Assembly (NCBI RefSeq): GCF_018350175.1
Contig: NC_058368.1
Span: 144,338,001-144,402,000, forward strand
From: Felis catus
Taxonomy: Eukaryota
DNA: 64,000 nucleotides
Direction: 5' to 3'
The translations under genes were made by a program, and so were the position numbers. Position 1 is the stretch's first letter; each line of letters starts with the position of its first letter. The notes below the pieces were generated by a model. It did not search any database. It saw only the letters and a program-made list of their open reading frames with translations, and was not told the DNA's origin. Below, one piece after another: positions 14,158-27,160 of the stretch.

Positions 14158-14354
14158 AGAAGTGACCGCAAGTCCGACTGCGGTCCCTGTGTACCATTTC
14201 CCCCAAGCACTTTGGACAAGTGAATTCCACAGTTTCCCCTCTTCAGTTGAATGCAAAGCCACATCTCCAATGTCATATGCCTGAATTTGGACCTACTATT
14301 TTTCAGAGAATCATAGAACTTGAAGGTGAGAGATCATTTAGTTCACCCTCATTT

Positions 14355-14577
14355 AAAAAAAAATTTTTTTTTTTAACGTTTGTTTATTTTTGAGACAGAG
14401 AGAGACAGAGCATGAACAGGGGAGGGGCAGAGAGAGAGGGAGACACAGAATCTGAAACAGGCTCCAGGCCCTGAGCTGTCAGCACAGAGCCCGACGCGGG
14501 GCTCAAACCCACAAACCGTGAGATCATGACCTGAGCCAAAGTCGGACGCTTAACCGACCAAGCCACCCAGGCGCCCC
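14355..14577 (-). mobile_element. SINEC (felid type)
   Basis: TSD ttcaccctcattt. Confidence 0.93.
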
Positions 14578-14757
14578 AAATTCACCCTCATTTTAGACAC
14601 TAGGGAACTGAGAGCTACACAGTTGCACTGACATGTCACTACCCTGTCAAATTTTTTATTCTCATTGGATGAGAAAACTGAATCAAGCACTAAGTGTAAA
14701 TGTTCTTTTCTTTCAAGGCTTTGGAAGGAGTATGGTGTCTACAAATAAAAGGTGTGT

Positions 14758-14960
14758 AGGACTACCTGGGTGGCTTAGTTGGTTAAGCGTCTGACTTTGG
14801 CTCTGGTCATGATGTCACGGGTTCGTGAGTTTGAGCCCTTCCTTGGTCTCTGAGCTGACAGTGTGGAGCCTGCTTGGGATTCTCTCTCTCCCTCTGCCCC
14901 TCCCACAGTAGTGTGCTCTCTCTTTCTTTCTCAAAATAAAGAAATAAAAACTTTAAAAAA
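14758..14960 (+). mobile_element. SINEC
   Basis: Diverged head, CT tract and A-tail; TSD ataaaaggt. Confidence 0.88.
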
Positions 14961-16341
14961 TTACCTTAAATATTAGTCTTTAAAAAGATAAAAGGTATAT
15001 ATTTTTATTGTTCTTACAGCTTTCCTAAATTATTAAAAGAATTTTTTTTTTTTTTTTTGCCTGTGCACGTCCATCAGCCCCCTTCATTGTTCGTTGAGTT
15101 TGGTAATTGCACTTCAGGCAGCTCCACCAACAATGCCTTCATGGTTCGGGACCTCATCATGGTGCATGTAACCCATCTGTGGGTCATTTCCCTTGTGTTA
15201 CAGTCTTTTACTTTCTATTATATGTTTCTCTTCTGCTATTCTATTTTTATGTAACTATACTGGAGGTCCAAATAACAAAATATCATTTGGAAGTTATATA
15301 AATTTTTCCTGAATCTATAAATCAGTTTATAAGAGCTATTTGATGGTTCATGATGATTATTCATGAAATGAATAATTAAATCTTAAGATAATTCATTTAA
15401 ATAATTTTTAGCTAATATTTCAAACAAATGAAAAAGTGTAGAAAGCAGTATAATAGACACCTGTTTACCTTTCACTCAAATATCATAGAGAATGAACTTT
15501 CGTAATATGAACTTGAGATTTATTTAAAGTAAATAAAATGTTATAGACGTAGCTAAGGCTACACATAATTGCTTTCTTTTTCTCCCCCTTCACCTCCTCT
15601 TATTGGTAACCATTATCCTGATGTTATTTGTTATCCTTGTGCAAGGTTTGTATTTTGTATATATTTGTATTTTAACTGTATATAATTTTGTGTGTTTTTA
15701 AAATGTACATAAATATGGCACATTGCACCTATCCTGTTGTATACTGTTTTGTAAATGATTGTTTTAATAATTGTATAGAATACATCTCATTTTCCTGATG
15801 ATACATGCTTTCCATTTTTTGTCTATTATGAATACAAACAGTACTAGAGTGAACAGTCATAGAAATATCTTTCTGCGTACTTGTGTATCTTTCTAGGGTA
15901 GATTACTAAGAGAGGAATTGCTGGGTCATGTAGACCAGTATACGCAATCTTTAAGCATTTCCAAATTGTTCTCCGTATCCTTGCCAACATTCTGTATAAA
16001 TAGACTTTTAAGCCTTTTGATGATCTGATGAATGTGAAAACTGTCTTTTAAAAAATATTCCTTCAAAAATTTTCACCGTTAGTATTTCTTTATTCCTTCA
16101 TTTGAATGTTAGGAATAGCTTGTAGATCCCTTGAAAAATCCTGCTGATTTCGTTTTCCTTTTCCTGATTAAGAAAAGTTTTCGGCTTTGAGTGTTTCTTT
16201 TTCTATAAATATCCTGTTTGTGTCCTTTGCCCATTTTTTCATTGTTTTGGTGTTATTACTGTGTAGAAGTACTACTTCTTTATGCCTTTTTATTTTGTGT
16301 TTGGTGGCTTAATATAATTTTTTAAAAAATTAATCAGAGTT

Positions 16342-16565
16342 GGGGCGCCTGGGTGGCGCAGTCGGTTAAGCGTCCGACTTCAGCCAGGTCACGATCTCGC
16401 GGTCAGGGAGTTCGAGCCCCGCGTCGGGCTCTGGGCTGATGGCTCGGAGCCTGGAGCCTGTTTCCGATTCTGTGTCTCCCTCTCTCTCTGCCCCTCCCCC
16501 GTTCATGCTCTGTCTCTCTCTGTCCCAAAAATAAATAAAAACGTTGGAAAAAAAATAAAAAAAAA
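16342..16565 (+). mobile_element. Young felid SINEC (CpG-intact)
   Basis: ggggcgcctgggtggcgcagtcggttaagcgtccgacttcagccaggtcacgatctcgcgg; TSD aaaaaattaatca(g/t)agt. Confidence 0.95.
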
Positions 16566-16944
16566 TTAATCATAGTCTTTCCTTTTATGATTTATATTGT
16601 TGTGTTGCTTTTCCTATTTCTTTCAGTAAATTATTCTCTATCTTGATGCTATTAAGCTGTTTTTCTATGTTTTCATCTAAAAGTTTAAGGTTTGCTTTTC
16701 ATAATTAATTCCCTCATCTAGATTTGATTTAGGGCCACTGTGTGAGTTTCAGGCCTACCTCTATTTTTTTTCACATGGGTACCCAGTTGTCCCACCATTG
16801 TTTGTTGAACATAGCATACTTTTTTTTTTTGCAGATTTATAGTCCTATTTCTGACCTATACCAACTCATTTGTATTTTTTTTTTGTCATTTTCTTTTAAA
16901 GTTTTGTTGACAGTTTTTCTTGGAGTTGTCTTTCTTTTGATTTG

Positions 16945-17161
16945 AAGTTTATTTTCTTTATTCTGAGAGAGAGAGAGAGAGAGAGAGAGAGCATGTGGCG
17001 GTGGGGGGCGGGTGGTGAGAGAGAGAGGGAGGGAGGGAGGGAATCTCAAGCAGGCTCTGCAATGTCTGCACAGAGCCTGAAGCAGGGCTCAATCTCATGA
17101 ATCGTGAGATCATGAAAACCAAGAGTTGGACACTTAAACACCTGAGCTACCCAGGTACCCC
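16945..17161 (-). mobile_element. SINEC with expanded (GA)n
   Basis: Antisense body; short TSD tgatttg. Confidence 0.85.
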
Positions 17162-17288
17162 TGATTTGTAGGAGTTCTTTATGTATACTGGATTTGAGTC
17201 TTTGGGCAATATATAATCTATACATGTAATCTATGTTACAGCTTTTCATTTCCTTAATGGCATCTTTTGGTTAATAGTATTTAGTTTT

Positions 17289-17506
17289 GTTTTTTTTAAT
17301 TTTTTTTAACATTTATTTATTTTTGAGACAGAGACAGAGCATGAACGGGGGAGGGGCAGAGAGAGAGGGAGACACAGAATCGGAAGCAGGCTCCAGGCTG
17401 TGAGCCATCAGCCCAGAGCCTGACGCGGGGCTCAAACTCACGGACTGCGAGATCATGACCTGAGCTGAAGTCGGACGCTCAACCGAGTGAGCCACCCAGG
17501 CGCCCC
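17289..17506 (-). mobile_element. Young felid SINEC
   Basis: TSD taatagtatttagtttt. Confidence 0.94.
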
Positions 17507-18135
17507 TAATAGTATTTAGTTTTAATATACTCCAATTTTTAAGTCTTTCTTTATAGTTAATTATGATTTATGCCTATTAAAGAAATCTTTCTCTACCCCA
17601 AGGTCGTATATTATTGTCCAGTTATTGTATTTTATTGTATTTTATTGTATTTTAATTTAATTTTATTTTATTATTTTTTTGGCTGTCAAAGCTATAATCT
17701 ACCTGACATTGATTTTTGTTTATGTATGATGGAAGTTAGGAATCAGGATTTCTTATTTTTCTATATGGACATCCTTTTGACCAAACCCCAGTTATTGAAA
17801 AGACCATCCTTTGTGTACTTTGCTACAATGTCACTTTTGTCACAAATCAAGTAACTGTGTACGCATCAGTCTGTTTCTGGACTTTGATATATTCCACTGT
17901 ATGTCTTTGTGCCAGAATCACACTAATTTATTTATTTATTGTAGCATTATAATATTGAGCCTTTCAGTCCATGAACATAGTATATTCTTTCATTTAAGTA
18001 GGTCTTCCTAAATTTCTCTTAAAAATGATTTATAGTTTGCTGTGTAGAGGTCTTGGTCATTTTGTTAGATTTATTCCTAAGTATTTGATTTCTTTTGATA
18101 TTGTGGTAAATTGTATCATTAAATTTCTTATTTTC

Positions 18136-18350
18136 GGGGTGCCTGGGTGGCTCAGTCGGTTAAGCATCTGTCTTTGGCTCAGGTCATGATTCCACCGTTC
18201 GTGAGTTCTAGCCCCATGTCATGCTCTGTGCTGACAGCTCAGAGCCTGGAGCCTGCTTCGGATTCTGTGTCTCTCTCTCTCTCTGCCCCTCCCCTGCTCA
18301 CACTATGTCTGTCTTTCTCTCTCTCACAAGTAAATAAACTTAAAAAAAAT
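18136..18350 (+). mobile_element. SINEC
   Basis: TSD ttaaatttcttattttc. Confidence 0.92.
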
Positions 18351-18845
18351 TTAAATTTCTTATTTTCAATTACTTACTGCTGAAATCTAGAGATAAAGTT
18401 TTATATTTATTTTATATCCAAAGATCTTGTTTAATTCATTTATTGACTATAATAATTTTTATAGATTTCTTTAACTTTTCTGGGAACATAATCATGACAT
18501 ACAGGAATAATGAGATTTATTATTTCCTTTCTAATAATTATACTTTTTATTTCCTTTTCCTGCACCTGCCCTTTTTTTAATGAGTAGATACTGAATTTTA
18601 TCAAATGCTTTGGAGATCGTCATCTCATTTGTCTCCTCTGTTTTCTTAATGTGGTGAATTACATTGATTGGCCTTTGATTATTAAACCAACCTTATACTC
18701 CTTAAAAACTCTAAATTGTTTATATAATATAGCTTTGGATTGGCTTAATGTATATTCATCCATATATACATAATAGAAGAAATTGGTCTGTAATTTTTCT
18801 TTTTTATTATGTTCTTGACAGGTTTTTGGTATCAAGATTGGGTTG

Positions 18846-18993
18846 GGGGGGTGCCTGTGTGGCTGACTCGGTTAAGCATTCGACTCTGATCTTGGCTTAG
18901 GTCATGTGAAGCCTGCTTGGGATTCTCTTTCTGTCTCTCTCTGCCCTTCCTTCTCTCTCTCCTTCAAAATAAGTAAATAAACTTAAAAAAAAA
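18846..18993 (+). mobile_element. SINEC with internal deletion
   Basis: Head joined directly to the CT tract, followed by an A-tail. Confidence 0.82.
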
Positions 18994-19334
18994 AGATTCT
19001 GTTGAATTTTTGGAATGTTTTGGTAAGAGTTACTTTGGTTTTGTAGAAGAGTTTTTGTATAAGATTAGTGCTGTTTCTTATATGTTTGCAAGAATTAGTG
19101 GGAAAATTATCTGGGTTTGGAGTTTTCTTATGGAAGGGCTTTTAATTACAGATGTAATTTCTTTAATAGATACGAGCTTATTCAGATTGTGTTTCTTGTG
19201 TCATTTTTGCCAATTTTAAAAAAGCAATCAGTTCATTTTATTTAAATTTTTTAAATATTTGGTTATGCCAGATGTTTGGTTATTTTTAACAGGTTGATTA
19301 TTTTTAAGGCTCTGTAAGAGAAATAATTTTATTT

Positions 19335-19561
19335 TTTTTATTTTTTTAAATTTTTTTTTTCAACGTTTATTTATTTTTGGGACAGAGAGAGAGAGCATGA
19401 ACAGGCGAGGGGCAGAGAGAGAGGGAGACACAGAATCAGAAATAGGCTCCAGGCTCTGAGCCATCAGCCCAGAGCCCGACGCGGGGCTCGAACTCACGGA
19501 CCGCGAGATCGTGACCTGGCTGAAGTCGGACGCTTAACCGACTGCGCCACCCAGGCGCCCC
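19335..19561 (-). mobile_element. Young felid SINEC (CpG-intact)
   Basis: TSD agaaataattttatttt. Confidence 0.95.
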
Positions 19562-20584
19562 AGAAATAATTTTATTTTAATCATTATTTTCATCATTCTA
19601 CTCATGCAAAGTTTCTTTTCTTGTTCTTACTGTGCTAGGCTCTTTCTGTTCCAAGAAACACAGATTCACTCAAGTTCCTTCAAATAATGGAGCTTTATGA
19701 CACTCATTATAAAACCACATGTAACCATGAGAGAAAGGAATCACAGGAAGAACAAGATCTCTAGTACAGTTTGGCTTTAGCGAGACTGGAAATGTCTGGT
19801 TAATTAGGGTATAAGACAGCTTTAGAGATGGAACAGATTTTCTTCTTATCCCCTGAATAGTAAGACTTTATAATATTTTACTTTGAGACTCTCATTATTT
19901 GCATGTGCATGAAGTTTCTCAACTCCTTTAGGCTCCTTTGCTGCTTCTTACCTTTTATTGCTAACTACCCTCTTTACCCCTTGTTCTGTATAATTTTTCT
20001 TCATACTTTGTTTCCTCATAAGTTAATACTTATGGTCCCCAGTGCTTTGTGGTCTTGTTCTGTGTTTCTTTTCAACCTCTCCTCCGTATACCAACTGATT
20101 GAATCTCTCCATGGTTCTCAGTTTAAACTCCCAAGAGATTGTATGGTTAGTTTCAGAAGACCTTTTATGTGAGGCCATGTCTTGGGCTCTTGGTCAGATA
20201 CAGAGTGGCCACTCTTGACCAGGCAGGTATTGCCCAGAGTGGTGGGTTCACATAGCACAGCACATGGATGTCGCGGGCTCGCTCCTCTCTACAAAGGGCT
20301 ACAGTTGGACAGTTTCCCTTAGGATGAGTCTATATATGGCAAGTACTATAATTGGTTAATAGAGGCAAATTCTAGAAATTAAATTAGTGCAAGTGTTTGA
20401 GCTTTTCTGCCTCCTTTACATCCTCTGGTGAAATGCCAGTGAAAAATGCTGATAAAAATGATATCTAGAATTTGGTATTGTAAATCTCTTTAGTAGTCAT
20501 CTGTCTAGACCTGAAAAAATTCCTGTGCTACCAACCCAAATTTAAGGCCTTGGGCAATTAGCTGTATAATACCTGTAGAGTTTT

Positions 20585-20806
20585 GTTTTTTTTTTTAATG
20601 TTTATTTATTTTTGAGAAATGCAGAGAGAGACAGAGCTTGAGCAGGGGAGGAGCAGAGAGAGAGAGAGGGAGACACAGGATCTAAAACAGGCTCCAGGCT
20701 TTAAGCTGTCAGCACAGAGCCCGACCTGGGACTTGAACCCAAGAACCGGGAAATCATGACCTGAGCTGAAGTCGGACGCTTAACCGACTGAGCCACCCAG
20801 GCGCCC
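20585..20806 (-). mobile_element. SINEC
   Basis: Antisense body ending ccacccaggcgccc; degenerate TSD. Confidence 0.92.
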
Positions 20807-21185
20807 TATAAATACCGGTAGTTTTAAGATAGACATATTGATTGGTTTTAAGTGTAAGCAATATAAAAAACACACAAAGAGGCAGGTAAATGAATATTTA
20901 ATGAGAAAGCCATAGTAGTTATCTCATTTAGATTGCTTCTTGTTTTTTCCTTATTTATACACAGAAACAGTCATGTACATTGCTAAAAATTCACTGTTCT
21001 GCAATATCATGGTTCAGGTTTAAGACAAAAAGGCCCTCTTTCCATTTGTGATACTTAATTGGTAACATATTTAAATATCATAAAGCCATCTTTTACTTAA
21101 GGCATTCCCATTTATGGAATAAATTATAGCTGTTATGTAAAAGCCCTTTGGGTACAATAAGTGAAATTGCTTTTTAATTTTCTAG

Positions 21186-21344
<159 letters not shown>

Positions 21345-22109
21345 TAAAAACATTAGTTCTATTTGAATGTATTTCTGAAAATAAGTCAGGCCCACATTGT
21401 CACATGAATTTTCTGTGTACATATTTAGATGAATAGATTTGCTCTTAAAATATTTAGAGCTTAGGAGCTTAAAGAGAGCATTTCATCATGAATATTAATA
21501 CCAGAGGAGACCAAGGAGAGCATTTTGTCCACTAGTTTTCAAGTTATTTTTGGTTACTAAGTTCTTACTTTAAAGAAAATCTTATATAAAAGATGAATAT
21601 TTAAACAGATAAAAGCAGATCTGCTCTGCCTGAGTCAGAGTGGAAGGCTTACAGACTTGACTGGATGGGCTCTGCAGAGCACAGTCTGAAAACCAGCCCA
21701 CCCTCCTCATTTTATAGGTGGGGAACTGACATGGAGAAGGGCACTGCCCAAGATTATGTATGTATGTATGTATGTATATGTATGTATTTTTAATGCTAAG
21801 AACATTACCCGTAACTAAGTCTTACCCTTCATTTATAAACCTAAATTGCATGTCATATTAGGAATAGAAGTGAAATATCCTGGTCTCACTAATAGGAAAA
21901 TCATAGTTCAATCTATTTATTCAGATTTATCAGTTCCTTATCAGTATAAGAAGTATCTTATACTTCTTAAGAGCATGAACATTTTTGGAAAAATTAAATA
22001 TAGTCCATATGTATGTAGTCAGATTATGTGTATAAGTGTCTGATTGGTTGTGCAGCTGCATATTTCTATAACACTTGACTTTGGAATCACATCAGAATAT
22101 ATCACATAC

Positions 22110-22323
22110 TGAGGCGCCTGAGTAGCTCAGTCGGTTGAGCATCTGACTCTTGATTTTGGCTCAGGTCATGATCCCAGAGTTGTGAGATTGATCCCCACGT
22201 CAGGTTCTGTGCTAAGTGTGGAGCCTGCTTGGGATTCTCTCTCTTTATCCCTCTGCCCCTACTCCACCTGTGCGTGTACTTTCTCTCTTGCTCTCTCTCT
22301 AAAATAAAATGAGAAAAAAAAAA
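22110..22323 (+). mobile_element. SINEC
   Basis: Head, CT tract and A-tail. Confidence 0.88.
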
Positions 22324-22373
22324 TACATGCTGATATTGATGCATTTGAGTAGACATTAAAATACTTTATCTTA

Positions 22374-22593
22374 GGGACGCCTGGGTGGCTCAGTCGGTTG
22401 AACATCTGACTTCGGCTCAGGTCATGATCTCACAGTCTGTGAGTTCAAGCCCCGCGTCAGGCTCAGTGCTGACTGCTCAGAGCCTGGAGCCTGCTTCAGA
22501 TTCTGTGTCTCTCTCTCTCTCTGCCCCTCCCCTGCTCATGCTCCGTCTCTCTCTCAAAAATAAATAAACATTAAAAAAAACTTTAATAAAAAA
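22374..22593 (+). mobile_element. SINEC
   Basis: TSD aaaatactttatcttag. Confidence 0.93.
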
Positions 22594-23609
22594 AATACTT
22601 TATCTTAGAGCTTGGTTTTTAACCTGAGAGTGAGCAGAGACACCTAAATTCTGTTTGATACCATATCACCAAACAGATGTTATTTTGATCTTTATATATT
22701 TGTAGATAAATTCAGTATAAGAAATTTAAGGACTCTTTCTTTACTTTTTAAATTGTAATTAGTCTTCTATCTTGTAAAAATAAATATACTAGGTATTTTA
22801 TTTTGGTTGCCTTAGTAGGGAGAGTGACAGAAATTTAACCAAGGGAAAAAAGATTAAAAGGAGAAGAGGGAAAGAGAGAAAGACTTCTTGGGCAAAGTAA
22901 GATGGTTTGACTGGAAGAGAATCTTGTTAGTGAGCAGAATATCAGTTATGGATATTTTTAGATATATATGTATTTTAGATATAAGTAATAGAAAAAAATA
23001 AGAGTTTAGTTTTCCCATACAATAAGAATGCTTGAGGTGCACTGTTGTTTCCGCTGTTGTGGTGGTTCTGCAATATTTTTGGCCTTTCCCTCATAGCTGC
23101 TAGATAGTTGCTGTGACTCCAGGCATCACATTCATGTTCGCATGTGGGAACAGGAAGAGAGAATGCCATAGGCTCCCCGGCCTCTCCACCCGCCCCCCCC
23201 CCCCCCGCCGCCTTCTTTTTTCAGGAAATCAGTGCCTTTTCAGAAGCCTCCCAGAAGGCTTCCACATATATTTCACTAACCAGAATTGTGTCTCATGGCC
23301 ATAATCGCAAGGGAAACAGTAAGAATTTGGTTTTGTCCAGCTTTTCTCATGAAGTTAGGCACATATTTAGGAATGGATTCAGAGATAATCGGAAAATAGT
23401 TTTTGCCTGTAAGAAATGAATTCAGTGATAATAATAAAAAGTTAAACTTTATAATAGTAACATATTTAAAATACCAGAAATAACATTCTTACCAATGTAT
23501 AGTGACTGTTTTATGCCCCTTATATTAAATGCTTTATGTAAAGTACATTCAGGGATAGCAAGTATAAGCCTTCTGAAAAAGGATAAACCACACTAATTTC
23601 AAGAAATTT

Positions 23610-26050
23610 AGGTATTTATTCATTTTAATTTATTCTTTTATCCAGCATATGTTAGCATCTAATATATAACAAACAATGGGACTGCCAAACAACCATATTT
23701 TCTCTTCTAGTGAAACTTACCTGGTGGAGATGATCAATATTAACCAAAAAAATTACATAAAAAATGTGAAATTGCAGCAGTGACAAACATATAAAGGCTG
23801 TGTACAAGATGCTCTGACAGTCTGCGAGCAGGGTATGAGCTAGACAGGGAAGGCTTCCCTTAGCAAGCAACTCTTGAGGCCTATCTGAAGGGTGAGCTGA
23901 CTAATCAAAGGAAGAAAGACAATTTCAGACAGAGGGTGTGTGTGCAGAGTCTCTTAGCATTAAAAAAAAATCATAGATAAGTGACTGAAGAGTGATTCTC
24001 TAGGGGAACATTATTCTAGATGAAGTTGAAGAATAGGTAAAGGCAAGTGACACAGAGTGTAGAGGGTTGGGACTTTTTCCTCAGCCATGAGAAACCATTG
24101 AAGAGTTCTAAGCAAGGCTTGGCATGATCACATCTACATTGGCTATAATGCAGGAAACGTTTGGAGAAAGGACACAGTAGTAACCTTATCAATAGACTCC
24201 TACAGTGGTCTCGGTGAGAGGTATCAGTACTTTGGATGAGGTTTGTAATGTCAGTTTGAGTGGAAAGGAGTCTCATTTGAAAGGTGTTTAGGAAATAAAT
24301 CAACAGGGGTTGGTGATAGAAGGGATATGCAGCTGAGATGAATGGAGTGTCAGAGATGACAGTGGTTTATGCATCTTGTTTGGACAGTGCTGGCATTTAC
24401 TGGAAGAGTGTGATTTTCTTTTTGCCATAGATCCTGACTTTTATTTTTATACATAGTAAGGAGAAATACTCTGAGACATTCTAGGGGAGCTGTCATATAG
24501 GCAGTTGGATATAGAGTCCAGAGGAAAAGATGAAAAGTAATGATATAAATTGGCTGTGAGACATCTCTGTATAAGTGGTAAGTGAAGACCTGGGTGTGGC
24601 TGAGATCATGTTAGCAGAGAGTATAGTGGAGAAAATAAGGTCCTAAGACTGAGTCTTAGGACTACCAACGTGTCATAGGTGAGTAACATGATAAGCTAGA
24701 GAAACCAACAAAGGACGAGTAGCCAGAAAGGGAGGACAAAACCAGGATGTTACAGTGTCAGGGAAAGACTCCTCCAAGGAGAAAGGCAGTGCCAACAGCA
24801 CAGAGAGGTCAGGTGAAAGGAAGCCTGAAAAGTCAACTTCGATCTTAACAAGGTGGCTGTCACTATTGACCTTAGCAGGAGCTGTTTCGGTGGAATGGTG
24901 GGACCATACTCCGGTTAAAGAGGGTTAAAGAGTGAGTGAGAGGTCAAGAAATAGAGTGTTAGTACAGGTGTCACCAGGGCAGCTTGGCCGGGGGAGACGG
25001 TGAGAGATCCAGTGAGGGACTTGTTTTGTTTTTGAATGGTAGACTTGAACATGTTCCAGAGGGATATGTTATATCCATAAATTTCTGATTTAAAAAATGC
25101 CTTGATTACCTTGGGAAATATTAGAACAAGTTAGTAATGATACTTCTAACAAAAAATCATTAGTCACTTTGTAGAATGAAAATTGAAAAATAAAGAGAGA
25201 ATCAAGCAGCAAGTCTGTCTTTCCACCCAGGTGAGAGAAAGTTTCTCATGATGGAAGTGTTCCAGCTAATAAACAAAGAAGGAACGACAGAATTAGTGTG
25301 TCACCCTTTTTTTGCAACCCCTCCAGGGTGGAGTTTTTCCAGAGAAGTGAATGGAAGGGCAGAGGGAGTTTAAGAGTTGGCCAGTGTATGTTGGGAATGG
25401 TGGACCATGGAACTTTAAGAAGAGGGCTGACAGCACCAGGGAAGGCACGTGGTAGGTGGGCTAGAGTCCTGAGAGGTTTCAACAACAGTTGTGGTGGAGG
25501 TGCTGTGTGAGCTGGAATGGGCATCTTTTGAGATGAAACAGTTCATGTCTCTGATGAAGTCCAGGATGTGAGTCTGGTGATGGATGGCTGAGATAGAGTA
25601 GAGGAGGAGATGGGCAAAGAGGAGATCCAGGATTGAGCTGGATGGTGTTGGCTGGTTTAGCCATGTGGACCTGAAGGGCTACTGGAAGCAATGGTGGGGC
25701 TCTTGGTGGAGACAAGATACACGCCAAGTATTAACAGCTTTGATGAATGAAGGGGAGTGATTTGAAACTGAATAGCTGCAGCATGGACAAAAGGAGGATG
25801 TTACGGTCTGGTGGTATAACCTCAAAGGAGCTGTTTTTATTACAAGAAGGTAGAGCCTGGAAGGAAGAGCAGTGAGCCTGAGAATCCTTGCGGTATCAGG
25901 TGAGGCAAGGAAGCGAATCGCTGGTTCTCCTGAGAGGGCTGCAGGGGACGGACTGGAGAGGAAAAAGGAGGGAGTGCACTTGTGGAGAAGAGAGCGAGGA
26001 CACAAGAGATCTGGCTGGTTATTTGGCAGCTATTCCGAAGTACCTAGTGT
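23610..26050 (-). mobile_element. Degenerate LINE-2 remnant
   Basis: Purine-rich stretch with L2-like motifs (aaaccattgaagagttctaagca; ggcagttggatatagagtc; cactattgaccttagcaggagctgtttcggtggaatggtggg). Boundaries approximate. Confidence 0.55.
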
Positions 26051-26897
26051 TTAGGTTTAGGAGGTGAGTGAGGCAGAGAGTTGGATAAAACGTGAGAAGT
26101 GTAGAGCCATATGGACTTGATGTTGGTGCCAAAAACCACAGAGGAGGACACACAGTGTTCTGACTGATCAAAATAAGGAAAGTAGAAGAATGGGGTCTGG
26201 AGACTAGTCTGACCCAGCTTGGGCAGTGATGGATCCACAAGCTGTAGGTGCTACACACTGCAGCCTAAATGGGTCAGCCGACTGTAGCCCTGAAACGAGA
26301 CACACACTGTGTCCTCTGGACTCAGAAGCTCATCAATCAAACAGGAAAGAAATAGATAAAAACATGTGCGAGGGTCTGATTGCAGTGTCCCCGCCAGATA
26401 TTACTGAGTGCCCTCTTAGCCAGTCATGCATCTTTTAATGCTTTAGGCCTAATCTTGGCACCCATTGCTTACTACAAATTATTGCAGAAACTGGTTCCCT
26501 GCTCTCTGAGTCTTCCTTTTTTCCTTCTCCAGTCAGTTTTCAAGCCCCTGTGAGGTCCTTTCAGAACACAGCTATGATCAAGTCATTCTGGTGCTAAAGT
26601 ACAAGTCTCTGAGCAAATCAGTCAAGAACGACCAGATGAACCCCAATCTTTTCAGTCTTGTTTTCTGTTTCTTTCCCTCACCTACCTATGTGTCAACCCA
26701 ACTCTTCTTTCTGAATTCTAGGAAGCTATTATGTACTTTCCCATTTGTCTTTTTTCAGTTTATACTATATCCTGGACCAGATACACCTCTCTTGCTATTT
26801 TTCTTGTTAAGATTCCACCTCCTTCACGAAGTCTTCCTGGAGCCCCATAGCCACAGTTAATGTTTCTCATCTCTATACTGTGTGTTTTGCCTTTTTT

Positions 26898-27151
26898 AAA
26901 AAAATGTGTATTTATTTGTGTGTGTGTGTGTCTGAGAGAGAGAGAGAGGGAGGGAGGGAGGGAGGGAGGGAGAGCGAGAGCACGCAAGTGGGGGAGAAGC
27001 AGAGAGAGAGAAGGAGACACAGAATCTGAAGCAGGCTCTAAGCTCTGAGCTGTCAGCGCAGAGCCCAATATGGGGTTCAAACTCACAAATGGTGAGATCA
27101 TGACCTGAGCCAAAGTTGGACATTTAACTGACTGAGCCACCCAGGTGCCCC
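26898..27151 (-). mobile_element. SINEC sharing its target site with the adjacent L1
   Basis: Flanked by tgttttgcctttttt at 26883 and 27152. Confidence 0.92.
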
Positions 27152-27160
27152 TGTTTTGCC

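Larger units (their letters stand above)
15400..19250 (-). mobile_element. Old, fragmented L1 (L1M-type) interrupted by several SINEs
   Basis: T-rich stretches with L1 antisense hallmarks (ggaattgctgggtcat; tttgttagatttattcctaagtattt; atcaaatgcttt). Boundaries approximate. Confidence 0.65.

Noticed and set aside
15121..15131. 11-nt match (gctccaccaac) complementary to 18S rRNA as recalled
   Set aside because: It is on the opposite strand to the C/D-like boxes, so it cannot be their guide, and an 11-nt match is within chance.
25246..26438. Cluster of overlapping 60-108-aa ORFs
   Set aside because: Lies in a purine-skewed L2-like remnant; no domain similarity or convincing splice structure.
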